DNA of 64,000 bases from a virus: positions 370 through 64,369 of IMG/VR virus record IMGVR_UViG_3300028585_000023; one strand, 5' to 3'. A program made the position numbers and the translations under genes. Each line of letters opens with the position of its first letter. Position 1 is the first letter of the stretch. This document shows, piece by piece, positions 36,579-44,907 of the stretch. The notes below the pieces were generated by a model. That model made no database searches, had not been told where the DNA came from, and saw only the letters and a program-made list of their open reading frames with translations.

Positions 36579-37043
36579 TTACTTGACGACAGTCAGCCCA
36601 CTCTTCCGTAGTGGTGTGACATTGCTCGTCTCTTCAGCGGCTTCTACAGCAGGTGTATCAAACACAGTAGACGGTGCCTTACCTTCATTCACTGGCGTGC
36701 CAAAGAGATCACCGACGAAACCTACTGCATAGTTAGGATTCTCACGAGAATAAAGTGCTTTGACCCAGCCGACCGGAATAAAAGCACGATGTGGTTTACC
36801 GTTGAAACGCTGTTCAACGACCATGTAGCCTTCTTCGCTGATCTGGTAGGATCGACACGCAGTATTGCTCAGATTGAGTATCAGCGACCCATCTTCTCTG
36901 ACGTACTGATCAAGAACCTCATCTACACCAGGAATAGGCTGCAGCACGGCATATGGCGTCATGTTATTCGCGATCAGAAAATCACGAAAAGCATTGATTG
37001 CAAAATGCAGGTAAGGAATCTTTGCTGTTGGTTGTTCTTGCAT
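36579..37043 (-). CDS. sspB: Stringent starvation protein B (ClpXP adaptor) homologue
   Basis: YL....AF.D....N.MTPY, DGSLILNLS, RFNG.P....IP...V.A.YSREN; C-terminal SGLTVVK resembles the ClpX-binding LRVVK tail. Confidence 0.85.
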   Translation of the reverse strand: MQEQPTAKIPYLHFAINAFRDFLIANNMTPYAVLQPIPGVDEVLDQYVREDGSLILNLSNTACRSYQISEEGYMVVEQRFNGKPHRAFIPVGWVKALYSRENPNYAVGFVGDLFGTPVNEGKAPSTVFDTPAVEAAEETSNVTPLRKSGLTVVK

Positions 37044-37054
37044 GTCTTACTCCG

Positions 37055-37633
37055 TTAATGGATTACAATGGGGTCGTTGATCACAGCCCCACGTTTACGT
37101 GGTATGAATGAAATCTGTTTTTCGACATTGCCGATTTTACCGTTGCGTTCATTGATATAAAAGCAAAAGACAGCTTCTGTGAATTTATCCATCAGCTTGA
37201 GGAACTTATCGGCGACTAAGTCTGCCGACTTATTGGAGCGGATAAGTTTTGAATCAAGCTCATTGATGAATTCGAATGGCGCGATATACATCTCCATGAT
37301 TTTGTTGTATGACTCACGTGGGATGTTGTGCCATACATCAGGTAGTTCTTCGATCAACAGTACTTCGTCGTTCTGTGTGACCATGAACTGGTTACCACGG
37401 ATCAGATAGACATGATCATGGAATACCCCATCTTCATCAAAGATCTCTTCAGCTTCTTGAAGATGGGGAGGGAGGAATGCGATGCACGTACCAAAATCAC
37501 CCAGGATCACGGGCAAACAGAAATAAGACGCCACCCGTTCAAGGTGCGTCATCTCATTGGGGTCTTTATCAATCCCCTCTGTTCTGAATGCAACCAAAAA
37601 CGTGTGACCGTTAGAGCGATATATGTAGTTCAT
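37055..37633 (-). CDS. Hypothetical protein
   Basis: 192 aa, GAGG SD. Confidence 0.7.
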   Translation of the reverse strand: MNYIYRSNGHTFLVAFRTEGIDKDPNEMTHLERVASYFCLPVILGDFGTCIAFLPPHLQEAEEIFDEDGVFHDHVYLIRGNQFMVTQNDEVLLIEELPDVWHNIPRESYNKIMEMYIAPFEFINELDSKLIRSNKSADLVADKFLKLMDKFTEAVFCFYINERNGKIGNVEKQISFIPRKRGAVINDPIVIH

Positions 37634-37645
37634 AGCTATCCTCTT

Positions 37646-38161
37646 TTAGCGAAACAGGTTTTTCAATAAAGCGCGTTCACGTAAAATGTGAGAACGTTTA
37701 TCTTCGATATATTTTGCCAGGGATTCCCATATTGCGTTATCAGGCTCAAGGCAGACCTGAGGAAGCTTATCCAACCACACGACACCCGCGATTAACACGA
37801 TGCCCCGATATGCCACGTTATTCACCGTTACCGTCAGTGTGCGTCCGCCGCATAATCCAGCAATCAACCCACAACACTCTTGTGAATTATAAGGCATCGT
37901 TGGGAAACAACGCAGTGCTTCTTCAACGACTGTCACCAACTGCGATACATGATGCGATGTTGCCATTTGTGCAACAACACGACGATACCCTTCGATTTCC
38001 GACACACCAATCGGATAGCAGATCTGCAAAGGTGGATTGACTGGGATAACACGATTACCCAGATCGAAACTATAATAAAGCGGTTGCTTTCCGAAGAACT
38101 TACAAAACATATCCGAAAGCACTAAAGTCTTAGGGGAAGGTTGATACTGACCGATATCCAT
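37646..38161 (-). CDS. Hypothetical protein
   Basis: 171 aa ORF. Confidence 0.65.
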   Translation of the reverse strand: MDIGQYQPSPKTLVLSDMFCKFFGKQPLYYSFDLGNRVIPVNPPLQICYPIGVSEIEGYRRVVAQMATSHHVSQLVTVVEEALRCFPTMPYNSQECCGLIAGLCGGRTLTVTVNNVAYRGIVLIAGVVWLDKLPQVCLEPDNAIWESLAKYIEDKRSHILRERALLKNLFR

Positions 38162-38185
38162 ATATGACTCACTTATTGATTAATT

Positions 38186-38210
38186 AAAAAGCGCTGACAA
38201 ATGCCAGCGC
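38186..38210 (-). terminator. Intrinsic terminator
   Basis: GCGCTGGCA-TT-TGTCAGCGC then TTTTT. Confidence 0.75.
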
Positions 38211-38243
38211 ATACGGGGTATCAATTCCCTGGTGTAAAATAAA

Positions 38244-38945
38244 TCAGTAACGCGTCTGTAATTCGGTCAGACGTTCGTTAAACACATCGATCGCTTCTTT
38301 TGGCGTATTGACTGTAGTGACCGACAAGTAGTTCAAAGAGTCTTTGCCGTTCTTACCGGGATAAGCCGCATCGAAGAGAGGTACGACACAAAAGGTGTGG
38401 TATACCTGTGGACGGAATTTAGTCCATAAACGCATGTACCAACGTTTATAGATAACGGTAGTTGCCGCCATACTCACTCTCCACTTGGCATAACGAATCC
38501 CGTTAGGTTCGTCCAGATGCGACACCGCGGCTTGTTCGTAAACAGACTGACCCATAGGTTTGTTGTCTACAAACCAGTCACCACAAAGAACATCTTTCCA
38601 GGTGCTGATATAACTCCAACCATTGAGCTCGCCTTTAGTGTGGTCATACGTATCATGCCACAGCGCCAGGTTGATATACTGGTCGCAGAAATGGATACGT
38701 ATGATGTCACGGTCTTTGGCTTTACCCAATGCCTTCATCCACCATGCCCAGGGCTGGAAGTTAAACGTGAGATAGATCAGAAACAGGAATGGAAGGCCGA
38801 ACATAAACTGAAAGGTATCTTCCGTATCACGACCTAAGCTTAAACTGAAACCCAGCGTCTTTGCCCGCTTCCCAAAATGTGACTCAAACCGAATTGCACT
38901 TAGGCGTTTAAAACTATCATAGAACCAGACTTTAGAGAGTTCCAC
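38244..38945 (-). CDS. Hypothetical Trp-rich protein
   Basis: 233 aa, coupled to the GNAT gene. Confidence 0.7.
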   Translation of the reverse strand: MELSKVWFYDSFKRLSAIRFESHFGKRAKTLGFSLSLGRDTEDTFQFMFGLPFLFLIYLTFNFQPWAWWMKALGKAKDRDIIRIHFCDQYINLALWHDTYDHTKGELNGWSYISTWKDVLCGDWFVDNKPMGQSVYEQAAVSHLDEPNGIRYAKWRVSMAATTVIYKRWYMRLWTKFRPQVYHTFCVVPLFDAAYPGKNGKDSLNYLSVTTVNTPKEAIDVFNERLTELQTRY

Positions 38946-39421
38946 TATATCAACCTCATTTGGTATTTGACTTGCACAGACTGGAAACCCATGCGTTCAT
39001 AAAGCCTGCGCACCGGATTGGCTGAGCTCACATTTAACGTTAGTGCAACGATCTTCTGTTTCTCAGCATGACGTTTAATTCGAACAAGGGTTGCACTGCC
39101 GATACCACGTCCACGATAGGGTTCATCTATAAAGACCTCATCGATGTGGCAGATCATCCCTTTGTCAGTACGTTCGACACTCAACAGAGCAAACCCAATC
39201 ATCGTTTCATTTACATCACGAATGATTAACTTGATCGCTGCATTCTTCACATAGTTTGCCATATGCGAGTGGATCGTCTTTGGCTGTGGAGAATTCCAGT
39301 CTACGCCCAGTTCTTTCCAATAGGTGGCCTGAGCGTAGTACTGTTTTACTGCAAGGGCGGTCATGGCGCTATGATCAGCTTCGTTTAGATTACTGAGCCA
39401 GCGCCAGTCAATTCCCTTCAT
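38945..39421 (-). CDS. GNAT-family N-acetyltransferase
   Basis: HIDEVFIDEPYRGRGIG acetyl-CoA loop; NPVRRLYERMGF. Confidence 0.9.
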   Translation of the reverse strand: MKGIDWRWLSNLNEADHSAMTALAVKQYYAQATYWKELGVDWNSPQPKTIHSHMANYVKNAAIKLIIRDVNETMIGFALLSVERTDKGMICHIDEVFIDEPYRGRGIGSATLVRIKRHAEKQKIVALTLNVSSANPVRRLYERMGFQSVQVKYQMRLI

Positions 39422-39693
39422 AAGCTCGGTACTGAGAGTTCCTCTTCTTCGCGTTCCACTTCGCGACGAAGATCTTGGATCTCTTCAAATTTAGCTACCG
39501 ACAAAGGTACACCGCTAATAGACTGCAGAATACGTTTCACGTGAGGTGATTTCGCTTTACGCGCCAGACTGAAACACTTGTTCTTCAACAAGGTGTTGAT
39601 ACGATCTGGGTTATGCAAGCGAATGTGCTGGAGTTCACGAGCCAATGTATCAAGCACAGTGATCAGTTCAGGTGTTAATTGCTTCTTATCCAT
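39418..39693 (-). CDS. Hypothetical protein
   Basis: 91 aa ORF. Confidence 0.65.
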   Translation of the reverse strand: MDKKQLTPELITVLDTLARELQHIRLHNPDRINTLLKNKCFSLARKAKSPHVKRILQSISGVPLSVAKFEEIQDLRREVEREEEELSVPSL

Positions 39694-39725
39694 TTAACCG
39701 GTATCCTTCCTATCAGTGAGGTTAA

Positions 39726-40172
39726 TTAAAGGTTGTTGTAACCAACGCCGTATTTAGTCGCCAGACCAATTGTCGCTTCTGCTACATCGGCGTCAGTTCC
39801 GAAGTCGCCTACCCAGACATTGAGGTCTACACCGCCGACATACTCAATGCGGTACACACTACGCACGCCGGTCTCGGTATTACAGCGCGCTTCAATGGAT
39901 TCGACACGGCCCTTGATCGGGATCAGACTATCGAACAGACCAAAGTCACGCTCGACACCACCATCACCATCGATCACCCGCACCTGGATGTTCTTCGGAA
40001 TGAAGTTCTTGGCTTCGCGAAGATATGACAATGAAGAGTCGCTTTCAACCCGTGCCTGAATGTCATTTGCACGCAGGGCGTTATCAATTACTGAGGCAAC
40101 CGCAGTCTTACCCGCTTTAGTAGGACCGACAACACGGATGATGATTTCATTTACTTCGTTAAACTCGCTCAT
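39726..40172 (-). CDS. Small protein with N-terminal Walker A motif
   Basis: IIIRVVGPTKAGKT. Confidence 0.6.
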   Translation of the reverse strand: MSEFNEVNEIIIRVVGPTKAGKTAVASVIDNALRANDIQARVESDSSLSYLREAKNFIPKNIQVRVIDGDGGVERDFGLFDSLIPIKGRVESIEARCNTETGVRSVYRIEYVGGVDLNVWVGDFGTDADVAEATIGLATKYGVGYNNL

Positions 40173-40500
40173 GAGGTTTTTCCTGATCTAAACTATATCG
40201 TTCAATAAGGGTGTCGGCGTATGCGGTCAAATCGCCCGGATACATGAAAAGACCAACAATGGGATACGTCCAGCCATTGCTCGTCTGTTCAACACGACGG
40301 AGTTCATACCACTTAGTGGCAATAAAAGGAGGGTGTATAACGTCTTTCGGCTTACGGTGATTAATACTCACACGTTTACGAGGATCGTTAATAGTCAGAT
40401 CGATGTCTTGGTAATGCTCAGCAACCCGCACCACAATCAACCTGACAACCCTGCCGATCAATGGCACTTCATAATCTTTGCGAACGTGGGTGACCATCAC
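40159..40500 (-). CDS. Hypothetical protein
   Basis: 113 aa ORF. Confidence 0.6.
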   Translation of the reverse strand: MMVTHVRKDYEVPLIGRVVRLIVVRVAEHYQDIDLTINDPRKRVSINHRKPKDVIHPPFIATKWYELRRVEQTSNGWTYPIVGLFMYPGDLTAYADTLIERYSLDQEKPHERV

Positions 40501-40955
40501 GCATACCCGACATCAAAAGTAATGAACTTCCAACCGTTGTCCCATTTAAGACGCGGGTAGACTTTGTACTTAGTCTTGCGCTCAGTACTGGCATTGAATG
40601 CCTTGATCAGTTTGTTGGCATGAATACCAAAAGGAATCAGACGACCAACCAAACGACCTTCGGTGTCTAAGCGAACCTGATCGACCATACAACCCAGGTT
40701 ATTTTCATTCACCCGCAGATATTTATTGATTTCATCCGTTGCATCCCACGGGCGGAGATAAGCGCGCATGAAATCATCTTTCGGCGGAATAGTAGCACTA
40801 CCAAACTCACCTTTAAAGATGGTGTTGTTAGCGGCCATGATATCGTAGACGTTGATCGAATACTCACTCAGTTGTTCAGGTGTCATAATGACCACGTCAC
40901 GAAACACCGGTGGGTTAATAACAGAACCAGACTGATTCAACGAAGTATTAAACAT
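40497..40955 (-). CDS. Hypothetical protein, possible inactive prohead-protease (S80)-like paralogue
   Basis: RVNENNLGCMVDQVRLD...GRLIPFGIHA...KFITFD. Confidence 0.5.
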   Translation of the reverse strand: MFNTSLNQSGSVINPPVFRDVVIMTPEQLSEYSINVYDIMAANNTIFKGEFGSATIPPKDDFMRAYLRPWDATDEINKYLRVNENNLGCMVDQVRLDTEGRLVGRLIPFGIHANKLIKAFNASTERKTKYKVYPRLKWDNGWKFITFDVGYA

Positions 40956-41013
40956 AATGCACTCCAGGGTAATTTACAGATAATACTGACTAAATGTTAA
41001 TGAATACAAATAA

Positions 41014-41448
41014 TCAATCTTTCAGGATGTTGACTGCCAGGCGCCAGTTCTCATTAGGGAATGACCGAAGCTCCCATGTCTCTGATTTGAACGGCGCAAA
41101 CACTTTAGCCAACGTCTTAGTGTGATTGACTTCGACTACTGAAAGCGGGATAAGTGCCACCACACTCGAGTTGTCATGCTTGTTAATTAATTTAATGACC
41201 TCACGGGTAATCGGAATGAAATCAACAACCGGGCACTCCACCCGTACCATCACTGCTTTGCCATGACCATAGAAAAGCCAATGGGTGTTATCCGGCGCCA
41301 TGTCTTCCAGTAGATTGTTGGTTCCGTCAGACAGCGTTATTTGAAACCAATGCCCTGTTTCATTAATCAGGATATCGCGTCGATTAGCTTCCGTGCCATC
41401 GGTTACAGTTAATCCCGCAACTTTATGTAATTCAATTAGGGTGGTCAT
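41014..41448 (-). CDS. Hypothetical protein
   Basis: Likely start MTTLIEL at 41448, right after the PP-loop gene stop. Confidence 0.65.
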   Translation of the reverse strand: MTTLIELHKVAGLTVTDGTEANRRDILINETGHWFQITLSDGTNNLLEDMAPDNTHWLFYGHGKAVMVRVECPVVDFIPITREVIKLINKHDNSSVVALIPLSVVEVNHTKTLAKVFAPFKSETWELRSFPNENWRLAVNILKD

Positions 41449-41449
41449 G

Positions 41450-42343
41450 TTAATTTGTTCCTTTAAGTAACCCGCGTTTGTACTCAGTCGCGTTATGCAG
41501 ATGCAGTGGGTTAACCACATAGTTCAACACAGGCATCTCTAAGATAGGCGCCGTCCGTTTGACACATTGTTTAACGAGCGACAGTTTAGCGCAATCACTA
41601 ATACAATGCTTGGCGATAAAGAAACGGTCAAGATCGGTCAGTAGTTCATAACTTGCCGTCACACCTTTGACAACATCAATACCTAACTTAGCGTACTCTT
41701 TAAATTTACCTGATCCACCAGGTACACTTGCCGACATTAAAAGATTACCGTTGTCATAGTCAGTAACCCAGTATATGTAATCCAGACAGATATTCTTTTG
41801 TGTCCATTCATCAAGCGAGTTCCACATATCGATCTTTTTCATATCCCAGGCAGGCGTTAATAACTTACTTATCGATCCTCGTCGTCTTGGGTCCATTAAA
41901 CGCAACATCGGCAGAAGGGTATCTTTTAGCATAAAGAGTGATTCTTCACCCGTGCCTTGGTTAGGGTCTCCTTCAAGTACGTCCTCATGATGCCAACCTA
42001 CCATCGGTCGATACCAGGGTACTTCAGAACTGATCATGACTTGGATCAGTGACAGCATAGTGTTTGACTGCTGGACGATTTGTGGTCGTTTGGTTTCAAG
42101 CGGTATTTGCGAGATATGAACCGGGGTGTTAAGGTTCACCCATTCATCTTTAATCTGGTCAGGGTATTTCTTGTAGAAGTGCTCAAGGATTCGACGCCGA
42201 CAGGTGATCTCAGCAATAATCGACTGCTCGCCTTGACTCACTGCCCCGTACATCACCTCAACTTCATATCCCTTCTTTAGTTCTTCCTCTAACACATAAG
42301 TAGAATCCAAACCGCCAGTAAAAGCAATCAACGAACGAGCCAT
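41450..42343 (-). CDS. PP-loop adenine-nucleotide alpha-hydrolase, QueC-like N-terminus
   Basis: LIAFTGGLDST; later PAWDMKKIDMW resembles the QueC P...K..I segment; the Zn-binding CxxCxxC motif is not seen. Confidence 0.65.
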   Translation of the reverse strand: MARSLIAFTGGLDSTYVLEEELKKGYEVEVMYGAVSQGEQSIIAEITCRRRILEHFYKKYPDQIKDEWVNLNTPVHISQIPLETKRPQIVQQSNTMLSLIQVMISSEVPWYRPMVGWHHEDVLEGDPNQGTGEESLFMLKDTLLPMLRLMDPRRRGSISKLLTPAWDMKKIDMWNSLDEWTQKNICLDYIYWVTDYDNGNLLMSASVPGGSGKFKEYAKLGIDVVKGVTASYELLTDLDRFFIAKHCISDCAKLSLVKQCVKRTAPILEMPVLNYVVNPLHLHNATEYKRGLLKGTN

Positions 42344-42366
42344 AAAAGGGTCCTTATAAAAATGAC

Positions 42367-42396
42367 GGCATAGCAGGAGAAGCCTTCGCTTCTCCT
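42367..42396 (-). terminator. Hairpin + TATGCC terminator
   Basis: AGGAGAAGC-GAAG-GCTTCTCCT then GCTATGCC. Confidence 0.75.
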
Positions 42397-42427
42397 AAAC
42401 TATATTATCAGTGGTTTATGTACGAAA

Positions 42428-43195
42428 TTACATATTTCTTACGTAAGCTGTACTAAACCCTATATTTGCAGGTTTTTCATCGAGCTTAGCGACCAGGTCA
42501 TCCAGTCGTTTATTTTGCTCGTAGCGTGCTGCGTACTTTACGGCCGTGGGTTTATAAACCCGGCTATGGTTAGCCACTTTACGATCCATGCTGGCTCTGA
42601 ACTGGGCAACAGTCAGTGGTCGACCTTTATTGTAGAATAATCGTGCGTTCCCGCGGGAGACACTCACTACAGATGTGATCGACCGGTTACCCCTGGCTTT
42701 GAGTACTTTGATTGCAGTACCCGGTCCAACGAAGTGTGCCATATAGACTTCGGATGTGGTGATATCACGTTTTAGTGCCTGCTGTAAAAGGCTCCTATTC
42801 TGCTTTATGTATTCGGCCGTCATAGCGGCATTAGCATAGGCATTAAAACGAGACACGTTCTTGCTTAACCCGTACTGCTTGCGATGGTCGCGCATTAATG
42901 ATCGGAAAGTAGATTCAGTCATACCCCCAAGTCCAGCTGCTGTGGAGTGTCCGCCGATGTTCTTAACGCCGGCTTTCATACCTGACTCAATAGAGAAGAA
43001 TGAAACAAGTTCGCCGAGTGGTACGCCCGACGCAACTGCAGCTTTCGCCATCATCGCTTTGTTCTTGTCCCAACCGACTTGGTTAAACTCTACGGCTGGT
43101 TTCGCAGAGGTGCTCGCATGAGCGTGTTGCGTGTATGTAACAAAGAGGCACATCATTAGCGCCAGAGAAGTAAAGAGAGTGGTGATTTTCTTCAT
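42428..43195 (-). CDS. Lytic transglycosylase (phiKZ gp144-like catalytic domain) with N-terminal signal peptide
   Basis: SIESG (catalytic Glu), AAGLGGM...F, RFNAYANA.M.AEY, YMAHFVGPG; signal MKK...AHA. Confidence 0.8.
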   Translation of the reverse strand: MKKITTLFTSLALMMCLFVTYTQHAHASTSAKPAVEFNQVGWDKNKAMMAKAAVASGVPLGELVSFFSIESGMKAGVKNIGGHSTAAGLGGMTESTFRSLMRDHRKQYGLSKNVSRFNAYANAAMTAEYIKQNRSLLQQALKRDITTSEVYMAHFVGPGTAIKVLKARGNRSITSVVSVSRGNARLFYNKGRPLTVAQFRASMDRKVANHSRVYKPTAVKYAARYEQNKRLDDLVAKLDEKPANIGFSTAYVRNM

Positions 43196-43269
43196 TTTTG
43201 GTTTTTACCGAAGTCGTGGTTCTTTAAGTGGAGGCTTATACCCCCACGGCCTTGGTCACTTCGCTTAAG

Positions 43270-43710
43270 TCAGAAGTGAATAACTGTCAATGGTTCCTTA
43301 TAAGTAGTGGGTTCGTAGATGGTAACGTCCATAACGAAGTTACGTTTGTTGTGCTCGATAAGGACACATTTCACCACATGACCTGCTCTGCCTGGGGCGA
43401 GTGTCGGTACGGCACGTTTCAAGGCCGCAGCAATGTTATCCACCGAGTCTATAAACCAGTTCACCGCTTCTTCGGTTAATGGTTTGCTCGCTGCTTTCTG
43501 GATCGCATTAACTGCTTCGTCCATGGCATCGACTTCGAAGGTACGCGTTGCCAGGATTTTGTTCAAGACGAACTCAAAGACGTCTCGTTTGATTTGGAAC
43601 TCAGGATTTTCCATCACAAGCTGAGAGAACTCTGCCCATGCTTTATTTGCTTCATCCGATTGAACGATACAAATGATGTTGTGGTAATTAGATTCTATCA
43701 TGGAGTTCAC
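43270..43710 (-). CDS. Hypothetical protein
   Basis: 146 aa ORF; start uncertain. Confidence 0.65.
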   Translation of the reverse strand: MNSMIESNYHNIICIVQSDEANKAWAEFSQLVMENPEFQIKRDVFEFVLNKILATRTFEVDAMDEAVNAIQKAASKPLTEEAVNWFIDSVDNIAAALKRAVPTLAPGRAGHVVKCVLIEHNKRNFVMDVTIYEPTTYKEPLTVIHF

Positions 43711-43800
43711 TCGTCATCGCAGATTGCGAATCCGACATAAGCTGTTTGAGTGTGAGCTGTTATCAAATAAATATCTCGAATATGTTGATCTAAACTAATT

Positions 43801-43986
43801 TCAGGCATAAACGAGAGGAATTCCTCTGCAAGGGAGTTCTTGAATTCGACGCATCACTTGGTAATCATTACCCTCTATCCACTCGATAACAACACGCATC
43901 AAATGATCGGTGCTGATATCAAGCTCACGCGCAATAACGCGCATAGAGGGCACTGGGATGACTGCGTGATATTGCAGCTTCATCAC
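43801..43986 (-). CDS. Small hypothetical protein
   Basis: 61 aa, AGGTG SD. Confidence 0.55.
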   Translation of the reverse strand: MMKLQYHAVIPVPSMRVIARELDISTDHLMRVVIEWIEGNDYQVMRRIQELPCRGIPLVYA

Positions 43987-43992
43987 GACACC

Positions 43993-44496
43993 TTATATAA
44001 GATAATACCGTTTCGCACCTGGCAGCTTAAATGAAAATGCGATATCTTCAACACCCTGATGATGACTGGTAGTGATCACCAGCTGAGTGTCTGCAGTGAG
44101 TTCGCCTATCATGCGCTTGTACAGTTGCAATCCGACTACGTGGTTGATCATGATCACCTCGTTATCTTCAGCCCACTTAATCAATTGGGAGCGAGTCTCT
44201 TTACTCACTTCTTCCTTGGAAAGTTTCTGATAGATTTCGATGGCAATCCCTACCAGCTTTTGACGTGCTGTCTGCTGGAAGAACGGATTCTCAGTCTGTT
44301 GTAACCGCCACTTGTCAAAACCATCCGTGCACTCTTTAGCACGCGCTTTGAAAAGTTTTTGGAATTCCTGCTGATGTTGTAAAGACATAGCTATTCTCCG
44401 TCCAATATCCGTGCTATTCTCTTCTGCTTTTACGATGTCGGTGGAGAAGTCCATCCCGACGCTTACGCGCTTGCCCAGCTCCTGTACATTACTCAT
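43993..44496 (-). CDS. Hypothetical protein
   Basis: 167 aa, AGGA SD. Confidence 0.7.
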   Translation of the reverse strand: MSNVQELGKRVSVGMDFSTDIVKAEENSTDIGRRIAMSLQHQQEFQKLFKARAKECTDGFDKWRLQQTENPFFQQTARQKLVGIAIEIYQKLSKEEVSKETRSQLIKWAEDNEVIMINHVVGLQLYKRMIGELTADTQLVITTSHHQGVEDIAFSFKLPGAKRYYLI

Positions 44497-44507
44497 AGTT
44501 TTAGTTC

Positions 44508-44852
44508 CTACTCTTCAAGGGTTAAGGTGAGGTGATGCTGACCTGCGTCTACAACCCGCGGGATCATCACCCCATTACATAGCCGATACAGTGTAGTGTT
44601 AATCTCACGACTGGCTGTCTTGATCACATCCATTAATACCCGATCAGACGGCGTGTCGTAAGGCAGGTCAGCGAGGCTATCATCTAGCTTATTGATCTCA
44701 CCAAAGAGATTATCCATCGCGCAATCAATGTCACCATTAATACAGTGCACCGCTGCATTCAAGATCTCTACAGGTGTGAACGCATAGTCGGTATTCTGCA
44801 AAGCATTATGTGCTTTGTGTGTCAGATGACCAACAGATAAAGTAACCAGCAT
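44508..44852 (-). CDS. Hypothetical protein
   Basis: 114 aa, GAGG SD, first gene after an early-type promoter. Confidence 0.7.
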   Translation of the reverse strand: MLVTLSVGHLTHKAHNALQNTDYAFTPVEILNAAVHCINGDIDCAMDNLFGEINKLDDSLADLPYDTPSDRVLMDVIKTASREINTTLYRLCNGVMIPRVVDAGQHHLTLTLEE

Positions 44853-44879
44853 GATGACCTCGCTAACTACACCACATTT

Positions 44880-44902
44880 GTAATGTAGGAATAAAATGAT
44901 TT
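44880..44902 (-). promoter_or_regulatory. Putative early promoter (AAATCATTTTATTC-CTACATTAC)
   Basis: Same motif family. Confidence 0.65.
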
Positions 44903-44907
44903 ACAAC

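Noticed and set aside
19587-38945. Paralogy between the Trp-rich proteins at 19587-20381 and 38244-38945
   Set aside because: Only compositional resemblance; no alignable motif could be shown by eye.
41450-42343. 7-deazaguanine DNA modification pathway
   Set aside because: Only a PP-loop protein is present; no queD, queE, folE or dpdA in the window and the QueC Zn motif is missing, so no gene symbol was assigned.
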